Part shown: positions 49,488 through 58,737 of the stretch, one piece after another
Layout: every line of letters starts with the position of its first letter
How positions within the stretch are numbered: the first letter of the stretch is position 1
Assembly (NCBI GenBank): GCA_963805085.1
Contig: CAWDTA010000001.1
Location: 32,001-96,000 of the forward strand
DNA: 64,000 nucleotides
Reading direction: 5' to 3'
From: an uncultured Veillonellaceae bacterium
GTDB lineage: Bacteria; Bacillota; Negativicutes; JARBTT01
The notes under the pieces: model-generated
Seen by the model: the letters and a program-made list of their open reading frames with translations, nothing else
Database searches by the model: none
Told to the model about the DNA's origin: nothing
Position numbers and translations under genes: made by a program

Positions 49488-50084
49488 TTATAATAAAGAG
49501 TCGATTAGCTGGGAGAAACCATCCAATGAAGCATCATTCGTCAGATGAATTCCATTGATGAAAAAAGCTGGAGTGTTGTGAAACCCTAGATTATTTTCTT
49601 CATCAATATTGTTTTTGATGTTTTGTTCGATTGTGGGATCGGCCAGATCACGATTCAATTGATCCTTCTCTGCTTGCGATAAATTGAGTTTGTCCACTAA
49701 ATACTGCAGTCCGCTATTGCCATTTTTAAAAACTGGTTGTTCAGCCATGGCGAAATCATAGAATTTCCAGGCTTTCTCTTCATTTTGCCTAGAAAGAGCT
49801 TCAAAAACTTGTGCAGCAGACATCGCAAATGGGTGAGTGGCATGAGGATAGTGCTTTAATTTTAACTGGACTTTGCCATCATATTTATCTAATACTTGAT
49901 CGACCAGTTTTTTTGCTTGGGCACAATCGGGACATTGAAAATCGACGTATTCGACAATTGTAATAGGTGCCAATGGGGTGCCACGAGTGGCCTGTGCCGA
50001 TACGGTGGACAAATTCGTACCATAATAAGTCATGATCATGAAGATCAGCATGACTTTTGCAATTTTGTAGACAAATTTTCGCAT
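49488..50084 (-). CDS. DsbA/BdbD-family thiol-disulfide oxidoreductase
   Basis: Signal peptide, EYVDFQCPDC, TPAFFING. Confidence 0.88.
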   Translation of the reverse strand: MRKFVYKIAKVMLIFMIMTYYGTNLSTVSAQATRGTPLAPITIVEYVDFQCPDCAQAKKLVDQVLDKYDGKVQLKLKHYPHATHPFAMSAAQVFEALSRQNEEKAWKFYDFAMAEQPVFKNGNSGLQYLVDKLNLSQAEKDQLNRDLADPTIEQNIKNNIDEENNLGFHNTPAFFINGIHLTNDASLDGFSQLIDSLL

Positions 50085-50314
50085 TGTTTTTCTCCTTACT
50101 GTATTGAAAATCAAATAGTGTTTATTTGCTGTTAAAGCTAGTATAATACTGACGTTTTGCCGGTACATGTTCCTCGATTGGTTTCAGTATGTAAAGCTAG
50201 TAACATTATAAAAGGAGTCATACTCATTTAAAAGAGCATTCCTCTCGTAAAATTTGTAATTAGTAATATTCTTATTTACTAATTATACTTAATTTGTACT
50301 AAAAAGCAAATTCC

Positions 50315-50487
50315 TCAAAATATGCTTGATTTACCTAGGTTATGTCCAAACTATTATAAACAGCTATAAAATAAATTAGAAATACGCCATCAATTTGTTT
50401 AAAGCTTTATAAACAAAATGATGGTGTATTGACCTTAAAAGGATATAATTCATGTAGTTTTTGCTCAAACTTTTTTACAATGTTACA
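50315..50487 (-). mobile_element. Tn7-like left-end relic (complete; terminus ...ACA at 50487)
   Basis: 18-bp sites at 50343, 50396 and 50462; terminus atgttaca (TGTAACAT). Confidence 0.7.
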
Positions 50488-50643
50488 TGCAAAAACGATG
50501 CCAGTCATTGTAATATCATATACTCCTATGCATAGTGTTTTTAATTAATCTTCCTGGAACAGGGTTCATTTCAATGTTGGTGTCTTTTTGCGTTTATAGA
50601 TAACTTGCGTGAACGGTTTATTTTCATATAATTCAATTACTAA

Positions 50644-51279
50644 TTAGCTTGGCAACTGGTGGAATGCCAATACTATTAAAAAGATACCTGATAATGCAGT
50701 AGTATATTTACCTAATTGCTCAGAGGCATATTTTTGTCCCCAATAGTACCCCATGCCGATTGTAAGGAAACTGATAATAGCTACAAAAGTCGCTATTAGT
50801 AAAGGGGGAAGACCAGTGGTACCAGCATCGAAGCCACCAGCTATTGCGTTGATTGAGAGGGCAACTCCAAGCAAGAAAGCTTCCCAAGGGCAGATGTCTT
50901 TGGAATCATCAATATCAACTTTTTCAGGATTGTTTAGTATTTCGGCAGGTCCGATATAGAGTCGTGTACCAAACAGTTGTAAATCCATTATGGATTGTTT
51001 CATTTTTATAGCGGCTATAACAGGCTGAACAAAAACCCATAGTCCAACGGAGAAAAGCAAAGTAGCACCGATAATACTAGCAATATTGGAGGATAAGTAT
51101 AGGCTTATGGTTTTACCAATTTGCGCGGATAGCCATGTAGTAATGAAAGAGATTACGGCTATGATCGTATTTGCCGTATGAGAAATTTTAATTTTTTGCA
51201 TTCCATATGCGATACCGACACCTAGATTATCAAGGTTTGCAGCAATCGCAATAAAAATCGCTAAAGCAATAATTTGCAT
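50644..51279 (-). CDS. YtaF/MntP-family membrane protein (copy 1)
   Basis: AANLDNLGVGIAYG, ALSINAIAGGF, VDIDDSKDI loop. Confidence 0.85.
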   Translation of the reverse strand: MQIIALAIFIAIAANLDNLGVGIAYGMQKIKISHTANTIIAVISFITTWLSAQIGKTISLYLSSNIASIIGATLLFSVGLWVFVQPVIAAIKMKQSIMDLQLFGTRLYIGPAEILNNPEKVDIDDSKDICPWEAFLLGVALSINAIAGGFDAGTTGLPPLLIATFVAIISFLTIGMGYYWGQKYASEQLGKYTTALSGIFLIVLAFHQLPS

Positions 51280-51414
51280 CAATATTTTATCCTCCCTTTT
51301 AATTTTACAAACTATAGTATGGTTTTTTAGAAGTAAGGTTACGCAAATTTTGACCAAAGTTTATATTGTAGTTTCTTCCAACCAATATAAATTGAAAAAA
51401 TATATAATTTAAAG

Positions 51415-51468
51415 TTAACATAAAATTAACATGTACTTAACTTTTCTTTTAAAATACTGGTGTATACT
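51415..51468 (+). promoter_or_regulatory. OmpR/PhoP-type direct repeats over the -35 region plus TATACT -10
   Basis: TTAACA 51415, TTAACA 51426, TTAACT 51437 (11-bp period); TATACT 51463. Confidence 0.5.
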
Positions 51469-51508
51469 AAAAACAAGGAAAAAATAATGTACAGGAGATA
51501 GAAATGAT

Positions 51509-52282
51509 ATGGCGATTTTAGCAGAACCATTTATTCGCCCATTTTTACAGAGTACCGAAATTGTTGAGACGAAAACTGTATCTAAACAAATTCATGAATT
51601 TGTGAATGATAATCAAGAAGCTGTTCAAGAAGAGTTGCTTGCTGCTCAAATAGAAACTTGCAAAATGAAAGTCAGTCGACTTGTAGAAAAACATATCAGT
51701 GGTTGTAATCTCAATTCTCAAGTATATACTGCACTTTTACTTTCCGAAAAATGCGATTACAATGGCTTAATCAATTCGATGATTACGAATATCAATATAG
51801 ATGGTTTATCAAAGGCAGTAAACAAATTGGTGTTTATGGAAATGGAAAATTATTTTGATGTTTCTATTTCAATGCAGGAACAATTTGTGATTTCTACACA
51901 GAAACTTCTTCCGCCTGTATACGTCAGTCAAGTGTTACAGGAATATGTAAATACCTTACGGGTTACCAAAGTTATGGGGCGAGCAGTAAATAAAGTTTGT
52001 CACAAAGGTCTGGCGAAAATGAATCTGCCAGAGGTTGCAAAAAAATTGACCGATAAAATTGAGCTTGGCTCAGTCTTGATGGGCATTTTTGACTGTCATC
52101 CAGAAAAGCAGAAGAAAAAATCGTATCAACAGATGAACTCGTGCATTAGTGGAATAATTAAAAATTTTAAATTTCAAATAAAAATCCAGCTTGATGAAGA
52201 GATCGTGCAAAGGTTTTATCAGCTTTATGATGAACTAGAAGAAGAAATGGATGAGACGTTAGAAACAAGATTATATGTATAA
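51509..52282 (+). CDS. Hypothetical helical protein
   Basis: 257-aa ORF with AGGAG RBS; no recognised motif. Confidence 0.75.
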   Translation: MAILAEPFIRPFLQSTEIVETKTVSKQIHEFVNDNQEAVQEELLAAQIETCKMKVSRLVEKHISGCNLNSQVYTALLLSEKCDYNGLINSMITNINIDGLSKAVNKLVFMEMENYFDVSISMQEQFVISTQKLLPPVYVSQVLQEYVNTLRVTKVMGRAVNKVCHKGLAKMNLPEVAKKLTDKIELGSVLMGIFDCHPEKQKKKSYQQMNSCISGIIKNFKFQIKIQLDEEIVQRFYQLYDELEEEMDETLETRLYV

Positions 52283-52425
52283 GGTTAAAAAGCGGTGTGA
52301 TTATGTCATATCGTTTTTTTTTTGCGCAAAATTTGATGGAGTAGTCTGCATAAGATGACTGATTTTGGGAAAATTATTTTTATTCAACGTTAATGTGAAT
52401 ATACGACTAGAAAGGAAAGGTTACC

Positions 52426-53088
52426 ATGCCAAATATTGAATCAAAGGCAGGACAAAAAGAAGAACAGCAAAACTCATCAAGAAACCAGAATGAACAGGAA
52501 AACTTTTCAAGAAATCAGAATGAAGAGCGTAGCCGCGGTCAGTGTATGAGGGAACGAATCTCAAAAACGGTCAATCGAGAATCAGCTGAAGGATTAGACC
52601 AAATTTTTGAGGCTAAGTTGGCCGCTGTTCATACTTATGAAAACAAATTAACATCGGTAACTGATCCGTATGCTCGAAAAGTCCTTCAGGATATGATCAA
52701 TCAAGAACGCAGAGAATTAATGAATCTTACGGAGCTTGCCGATATTGTTGATCAAAGCCCAGATATGGGGCGATTTACCCGTACGCGTCGCCAAATGGGA
52801 CATCAGCTTAAAATGAAAACAGGACATGATACGACGTTTTGGCTTGGAGCAGCTGCATTGACGGTACTCTTGATGCCTGGTTTGAGAGAACAACTTCGGC
52901 CCCTGACAGTTAAGACTACGCAGGGGATCATGAGCTTATCTGAACAGATACAGGGCTTGTTTAGCGGTGTCCGCGAAGATTTAGAGGATATAGTCAGTCA
53001 AGCCCAATTTGAGAAATTCAAGGACTCAATTGATGGTGCAATTGAAGAAACAATACCAGATCCAAATGGTGGGCCAATACATGAATAA
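52426..53088 (+). CDS. Protein with a degenerate ferritin-like helix pair and a C-terminal DUF5132/PacL-like membrane module
   Basis: AVHTYE..TDPYARKVLQDMINQERRE; FWLGAAALTVLLMPGLREQLRP..REDLEDIVSQA. Confidence 0.55.
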   Translation: MPNIESKAGQKEEQQNSSRNQNEQENFSRNQNEERSRGQCMRERISKTVNRESAEGLDQIFEAKLAAVHTYENKLTSVTDPYARKVLQDMINQERRELMNLTELADIVDQSPDMGRFTRTRRQMGHQLKMKTGHDTTFWLGAAALTVLLMPGLREQLRPLTVKTTQGIMSLSEQIQGLFSGVREDLEDIVSQAQFEKFKDSIDGAIEETIPDPNGGPIHE

Positions 53089-53101
53089 AGGAGAAAAAAG
53101 T

Positions 53102-53335
53102 ATGGAAGATATAAGAATCTTGCAGGAAAAGGTTTCGACGATCAAGCAGGAATTAAGAAATGCTGTAGACTTAAGCCTTGAAATACGAGCACAGTCATCC
53201 GAGTCAAAAGAAGAGGTGATTAAAATTTGGGAAATTTTATTGAAAGATTTATTTGGCTATATTAAGCAGCGTAGTAAGGAGGCAAAAGACAATTTGCTTT
53301 CTGGTGTTTCATGGGCACGCTTAAAGTTATTTTAA
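53102..53335 (+). CDS. Small hypothetical helical protein
   Basis: AAGGAG RBS plus ATG 53102; in operon ahead of the ATPase. Confidence 0.7.
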   Translation: MEDIRILQEKVSTIKQELRNAVDLSLEIRAQSSESKEEVIKIWEILLKDLFGYIKQRSKEAKDNLLSGVSWARLKLF

Positions 53336-53424
53336 ATAAACAGCAAGGAAGAGTCTCCTTGCTATGCTCTTTTTAGTTACCGTCTAAAGTTGAATTAACG
53401 GTTTTGGTAAAAGGGGGATAAAGG

Positions 53425-56400
53425 TTGGAAACAGTGGATGCTACAGGAAAATATAGACTCATACCAGGTCGTTTGCGAATTGAAGTGGATGGTTTGCGCA
53501 GAAATTCTATATTGGCAAAGCGACTAAAAGATCAGCTTAGTCGCGTAAAAGGAATCAGTGAAGTTAGAGCCAATCCACTCACTGGGCGCATTTTGATACT
53601 TTTTGATTATAAAGTTATCGATTTTCCTCAGATAAAGAATGAAATAAATACAGTGGTAAATCAGTATAAAAAAGTTAAACAATTTTACGCTGAAAAAGTG
53701 CTTGTAAATCAAATTGCGGCAACCATTGCTGCCGTTCCAGCTGCGCAGGAAAATTCCAATTCGGGTTTGTATGCGCTTGCCACAGGCGGTGTATTAGCGG
53801 CTATTATTGCAAAACGAATGGTAGTTGGCAAATCACCGCTAGCATCATCACAGCACATTTTTAATTTAACGGCGCTAACAACGATTGTTTCTGGGTATCC
53901 TTTATTTCGCAGTGGCTTACAGGGATTGATACGAGATAAGCGCATCAATCATGATCTGATTATATTTATGGCCTCATTAGTATTGCTAGCGATGAGGGAA
54001 AGCTTTGTCGGTTTGTCCATCTTATGGGTTGTGCATTTAACCAATCTTTTTCAATTTATGGCACAGTCTAAATCCCGTGCCCGAATCCATACAATCATGC
54101 AGCAAAAACAGCATGATTTGTTTAAGCTAGAAAATGACCGTAGGCAGGAAATAAAGGCATATGATATCAAAGAGGGTGATATCCTTGTTCTTCATTCTGG
54201 AGAACGAGTACCTGTTGAAGGCAAAGTCATTGCAGGAAAGGCAGGAATAAATTGTGCTGCTGTAACTGGTGATAGCTTACCTTATTTGGCTTCAGAAGGA
54301 GATATCATAAGTGCTGGTTCGCTAATAGAAACAGGTTCACTACAGATCAGGGTGTTAGATGTAAGCATGACTCCTTTTGTACCACAGGCATATGATGCTA
54401 GTAAGTATGAAGAAAATTGGCATAGTAGTGATCGTTATGTGAATAAAATCATGTGGTGGAGTTTGACGGCAGCAGGGCTCATATTCTTCTTTACTCGGGA
54501 TGTCTCTCGAAGTATTGCTGTACTGCTAGCTGGGTCGCCAGCAGCTATTTCCTTAGCGAGAAATTCAGCGGTGGGGGCAGCTATCGCGCAAGCGACTAGG
54601 CAAAATATCTATGTAAAAGAACCGCGGGCTTTAGAAGCTGCCGGAGAAATAGATACAGTAATTTTAGATAAAACAGGGACCTTGACTGAAGCAGTGCCAC
54701 ATATTGTGGATATCATTGCCTGTGATATGATGAGTGAAAATGATGTTTTGACATTGGCGGCAGCAGCTGGGCAGAAGGAATATCATCCATATAGCAGGGT
54801 ATTGGTGATGGAGACGCAACGAAGAGGTATTAAATTGCCGGAGGCAGTCAGCCAGACGTCTCATGGTATGGGAGTATGCGCAAAAATTGCCGATAAAGAT
54901 GTTGTCGTAGGTAATCGGGCGCTTATGCTACGCGAGCAAATTCAGCTAAGCAGAGTGAGGGCTCAAGCGGCTAGAATGGAGCTCAATGGTAATACCGTCA
55001 CTTATGTCGCTGTAAATAAAAGACTTTGTGGACTAATTGCCGTAAAGGATAAAGTGAAAGAAGCCAGTTTTGAAAGCGTGGCTGCCTTACGATGTATAGG
55101 AATTGAAAATATTGCTTTATTATCAGGAGATTCATCTCCCGCTGCTGATCGTGTTGCAGCAACCCTTGATATTCCATGTAAATATGGGGGGCTGTTGCCA
55201 AATCAAAAAGCAAAAATGATACAAGAGCTAAAAGAGCAGAAATATAAAGTGATTATGGTTGGCGATGGGATTAATGATTCACAAGCATTGGCGATTAGTG
55301 ATGTTGGCATTGCCATGGGAAAAATAGGCGTAAGCCCTACCATCAGTCAGGCTGATATTGTGATAGGGGATGACGATCCACGTAAAATAGCCATGACAGT
55401 AGTTTTAGGCAAACAGCTTAATGAAGTCGTCAAACAGAACACTGCTTTGGCAGCTGGGTTAAATATTATTGGAATTGCTTTAGCCGCAGCACGACTTATT
55501 TCACCTTTGACAGCAGGATTACTGGTTAATATAAGCACACTTGGAGTGGTCTTAAATTCAGGGCGCCTCTTTAAGTCTAAAAAATCTAAAAAAGATATTG
55601 TGGCTTCAAGTAGGTTGGATTTACAGTGCTTTGCCGCACGACAAATTACACCTGAGACTACCAGCCAAAGCGATATAAAAGCGAATTTAGAGACAAAAAA
55701 ATGGCACGGAATGAGCCAAGAAGCGGTTTGTGAAGCATTGGATACTTCGGAAAAATTCGGGATCAGCGAGCAGGAAGCTGGCAGGCGGCGTTTAATCTAT
55801 GGTCACAACAAGTTAACTGCGCGGGAAAAACCTTCTTTTTGGCGACAATTACTAGATCAATTCAAAGATTTTATGGTACAGGTTTTAATGGGGGCTGCAA
55901 CCTTAAGTTTCGTGCTAGGAAAACGAAGGGATGCTATGCTGACCATAGGTATTGTTACCGCTAATGCTTTTCTTGGGGTTGCTCAAGAACGAAAGGCGGG
56001 AAAATCTTTAGAAGTTTTACAGGAATTGGCTGCACCGCAGGCTAGAGTCATTCGTGCAGGACGGACAACAAAAATCAATGCTGCAGCCTTGGTTCCTGGT
56101 GATGTGATTGTATTGGAAGCTGGTGACCGAGTGCCTGCTGATGCTAGATTATTAACAGGCGTTCATTTTGAAGTTGAGGAAGCTTCCTTAACAGGGGAGA
56201 CTATGCCTGTTAAAAAACAGTGGTTAAAAAGTGATGAAATTGAAGTTTCACTAGGAGATCGGAAAAATATGGCATTTATGGGAACAACAGTCACCAAAGG
56301 GCGGGCTATGGCAGTGGTAGTTGCTACGGGAATGACCACTGAAATGGGCAAGATTGCATCCTTGATTGCTCAGCACAAGGAAGAAGCAACGCCACTGCAA

Positions 56401-58449
56401 CGGCGTCTTGAAGAATTAGGGAAATACCTAGTGTATGGTTGTTTAGGCGTTTCTGGACTCGTATTTTGTGTAGGAATGCTGCGTGGTGAGCAATTGATTA
56501 ATATGCTGCAGACAGCGGCTAGTTTGGCTGTAGCAGCGATACCGGAGGGGCTGTCTGCTATTGTTCTTATTGCCTTGGCAATGGGAGTCCAAAGAATGAG
56601 TAAACGTAATATTATTGTTAGCAAACTTTCTTCTATTGAGACACTAGGTTCGGCTACGGTTATTTGTTCGGATAAGACTGGGACACTTACACAAAATCAA
56701 ATGACTGTACGTGAAGTGTTTTCGCTAGGTGGACAATGGGGAGTTTCTGGAGAAGGGTACAATCCCAAAGGGCAGTTTAGTGAGAACAATCAGAATGTGG
56801 AGCCAGATAAGTTGCTAAAAAAGATTGCAAGCATTGCAGCTTTATGCAATAATGCAAAACTTATGAAAGCGCAGCAGAATGTTAATGGTAAAGTAGTGCC
56901 ACTAAAACCATGTAGGGAAGAAAAATGGACGATTGATGGCGATCCTACTGAGGGAGCTCTCCTCACATTAGCTGCTAAAGCTGGGCTTAATCTCGAACAG
57001 TTTACGCAAACGAATTGTCGTGAGATTGAATATCCATTTGAGTCGGAACGGTGCATGATGTCCGTTGTGTGTACCGATGAAAATCAAGAGTCTTCACTGT
57101 ATTCAAAGGGCGCTCCAGATAAAATTATCAGTCTTTGCACGCATTATACAGATGGGGAAAATATTTATCCGCTTGATGATGTATTGCGCCAAAAAGTTGA
57201 ACAGGCTAACGATGCTATGGCCTTAAAAGCGCTAAGAGTGCTGGCTTGTGCCTATCGTCCGATGGATGTTAGTGAGAATAAAGAAGATGAAAGTACAGTG
57301 GAAGGAAAATTAGTTTTTTGTGGACTGGTGGGAATGATTGATCCGCCTCGCCCGGAGGTTCCAACAGCTATTGAAAAGTGTCGGCGGGCTGGCGTGAAAG
57401 TGGTTATGATTACGGGAGATCATCCTAGTACGGCTAAGGCTATCGGTAAGGAATTGGGATTGATTGCTGATAACAGCGGAATCGTAACTGGTGGGCAAAT
57501 AGATAAAATGAGCGATGAAGAACTTATTCAGGCAGTAGAAGCCGTTCGTATATTTGCTAGGACATCACCTCAACAGAAACTGCGTATCGTAAAAGCATTT
57601 AAAAGCAGAGGTGAAGTGGTTGCAATGACTGGAGATGGCGTTAACGATGCGCCTGCCGTTAAGGCCGCAGATATTGGCATCGCTATGGGGGTAACTGGAA
57701 CAGATGTTACAAAACAAGCTGCCTGTATGACTTTAGCCGATGACAATTTCGCAACAATAGTGAGGGCGATGGAAGAGGGACGGTCAATCTATGCTAATAT
57801 ACGCAAAGCAATCCGTTATCTGCTCGCCACCAATATTGGCGAAGTCGTTTTAATGTTTTTGGCGGCAGTGATAGGGATGCCGTTGCCACTGATACCAATA
57901 CAACTCTTATGGATTAATCTTGTTGGGGATGGTCTTCCAGCAATTGCGCTAGTCAATGACCCTCCTCCGGCTGATGTAATGGAACAAGCTCCACAGTCAA
58001 GTAGTGATAGTGTTTTTGCGAATGGCCTAGGAAAGAAAGTTCTCAGCAGAGGCTTGATTATCGGTATGGGGAGTCTTTTCTTATATGCTTGGAAGCTGCG
58101 TGCTAGTGGTAGCATAATGCTTGCGCGTACTTTAACGCTGGCACAACTAGCGATCAGTCAGTTTATTCACATTTTTGACTGCCGCATAGAAAAAGGCATG
58201 GGTGGAATAAAACAATTTGCAAGTAATAAGTGGCTGATAGCAGCTGTTGCTCTATCGATGTCAATGGTTGCTATAGTTATTCAATATCCAGTATTACAGC
58301 CTGTGTTTGGTACTGTAGCTTTGACCGCTTGGGAGTGGCTAATGGCGCTCATTGTGGCGATGATAACCTCGGCAGTAGATTTTCTGGTCGTAAGAAAAAT
58401 TGAACAAAAAAATTTGATACAGCAACCAGTAAAGGTGTTAACTAATTAA
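53425..58449 (+). CDS. Tandem P-type ATPase: HMA_2/P1B(FezB)-like module fused to a P2A (SERCA/YoaB-like) module
   Basis: PGRLR..ANPLTGRILI N-terminus; two DKTGTLT (D~415, D~1083); TGDS and TGET; GDGIND and GDGVND; module 2 has AIPEGL, TNIGE, WINLVGDGLPA. Confidence 0.9.
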   Translation: METVDATGKYRLIPGRLRIEVDGLRRNSILAKRLKDQLSRVKGISEVRANPLTGRILILFDYKVIDFPQIKNEINTVVNQYKKVKQFYAEKVLVNQIAATIAAVPAAQENSNSGLYALATGGVLAAIIAKRMVVGKSPLASSQHIFNLTALTTIVSGYPLFRSGLQGLIRDKRINHDLIIFMASLVLLAMRESFVGLSILWVVHLTNLFQFMAQSKSRARIHTIMQQKQHDLFKLENDRRQEIKAYDIKEGDILVLHSGERVPVEGKVIAGKAGINCAAVTGDSLPYLASEGDIISAGSLIETGSLQIRVLDVSMTPFVPQAYDASKYEENWHSSDRYVNKIMWWSLTAAGLIFFFTRDVSRSIAVLLAGSPAAISLARNSAVGAAIAQATRQNIYVKEPRALEAAGEIDTVILDKTGTLTEAVPHIVDIIACDMMSENDVLTLAAAAGQKEYHPYSRVLVMETQRRGIKLPEAVSQTSHGMGVCAKIADKDVVVGNRALMLREQIQLSRVRAQAARMELNGNTVTYVAVNKRLCGLIAVKDKVKEASFESVAALRCIGIENIALLSGDSSPAADRVAATLDIPCKYGGLLPNQKAKMIQELKEQKYKVIMVGDGINDSQALAISDVGIAMGKIGVSPTISQADIVIGDDDPRKIAMTVVLGKQLNEVVKQNTALAAGLNIIGIALAAARLISPLTAGLLVNISTLGVVLNSGRLFKSKKSKKDIVASSRLDLQCFAARQITPETTSQSDIKANLETKKWHGMSQEAVCEALDTSEKFGISEQEAGRRRLIYGHNKLTAREKPSFWRQLLDQFKDFMVQVLMGAATLSFVLGKRRDAMLTIGIVTANAFLGVAQERKAGKSLEVLQELAAPQARVIRAGRTTKINAAALVPGDVIVLEAGDRVPADARLLTGVHFEVEEASLTGETMPVKKQWLKSDEIEVSLGDRKNMAFMGTTVTKGRAMAVVVATGMTTEMGKIASLIAQHKEEATPLQRRLEELGKYLVYGCLGVSGLVFCVGMLRGEQLINMLQTAASLAVAAIPEGLSAIVLIALAMGVQRMSKRNIIVSKLSSIETLGSATVICSDKTGTLTQNQMTVREVFSLGGQWGVSGEGYNPKGQFSENNQNVEPDKLLKKIASIAALCNNAKLMKAQQNVNGKVVPLKPCREEKWTIDGDPTEGALLTLAAKAGLNLEQFTQTNCREIEYPFESERCMMSVVCTDENQESSLYSKGAPDKIISLCTHYTDGENIYPLDDVLRQKVEQANDAMALKALRVLACAYRPMDVSENKEDESTVEGKLVFCGLVGMIDPPRPEVPTAIEKCRRAGVKVVMITGDHPSTAKAIGKELGLIADNSGIVTGGQIDKMSDEELIQAVEAVRIFARTSPQQKLRIVKAFKSRGEVVAMTGDGVNDAPAVKAADIGIAMGVTGTDVTKQAACMTLADDNFATIVRAMEEGRSIYANIRKAIRYLLATNIGEVVLMFLAAVIGMPLPLIPIQLLWINLVGDGLPAIALVNDPPPADVMEQAPQSSSDSVFANGLGKKVLSRGLIIGMGSLFLYAWKLRASGSIMLARTLTLAQLAISQFIHIFDCRIEKGMGGIKQFASNKWLIAAVALSMSMVAIVIQYPVLQPVFGTVALTAWEWLMALIVAMITSAVDFLVVRKIEQKNLIQQPVKVLTN

Positions 58450-58500
58450 AAAACATGAAGGTGAGCTAAAATTAATATTAGCTTTACCTTCATGTTTTTC
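58449..58500 (+). terminator. Intrinsic terminator
   Basis: aaaacatgaaggtgagct ... agctttaccttcatgttttt. Confidence 0.75.
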
Positions 58501-58538
58501 ATTTCTTTGCAAATACTAATAGCGAGGAGGTGATTTTT

Positions 58539-58691
58539 ATGTATTGGTTACTTGCTCGTCCAGCAATTGGTTGGGGTGCTTTTCTATTGGTGCATGCAAT
58601 TGGGATCCCACTTGTTTATGGTATGGGAAAAAATTGCGGTATGAAAAGGACAAATCAGTTGGAAGGAGGTAAAGAAATAGCAGTAGATTAA
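58539..58691 (+). CDS. Small membrane protein, 50 aa (not in the ORF track)
   Basis: GAGGAGGTGA RBS; MYWLLARPAIGWGAFLLVHAIGIPLVYGMGKNCGMKRTNQLEGGKEIAVD. Confidence 0.65.
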   Translation: MYWLLARPAIGWGAFLLVHAIGIPLVYGMGKNCGMKRTNQLEGGKEIAVD

Positions 58692-58694
58692 GCA

Positions 58695-58730
58695 AATAGG
58701 GCTTCCACCTTAACTGGTGAAAGCCCTATT
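58695..58730. terminator. Hairpin between convergent genes
   Basis: aatagggcttccacc...ggtgaaagccctatt. Confidence 0.7.
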
Positions 58731-58737
58731 CGGATTG

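Noticed and set aside
14469-50487. Repeats considered as a CRISPR array
   Set aside because: Degenerate, irregularly spaced, no unique-spacer structure and no cas genes; they fit transposon ends better
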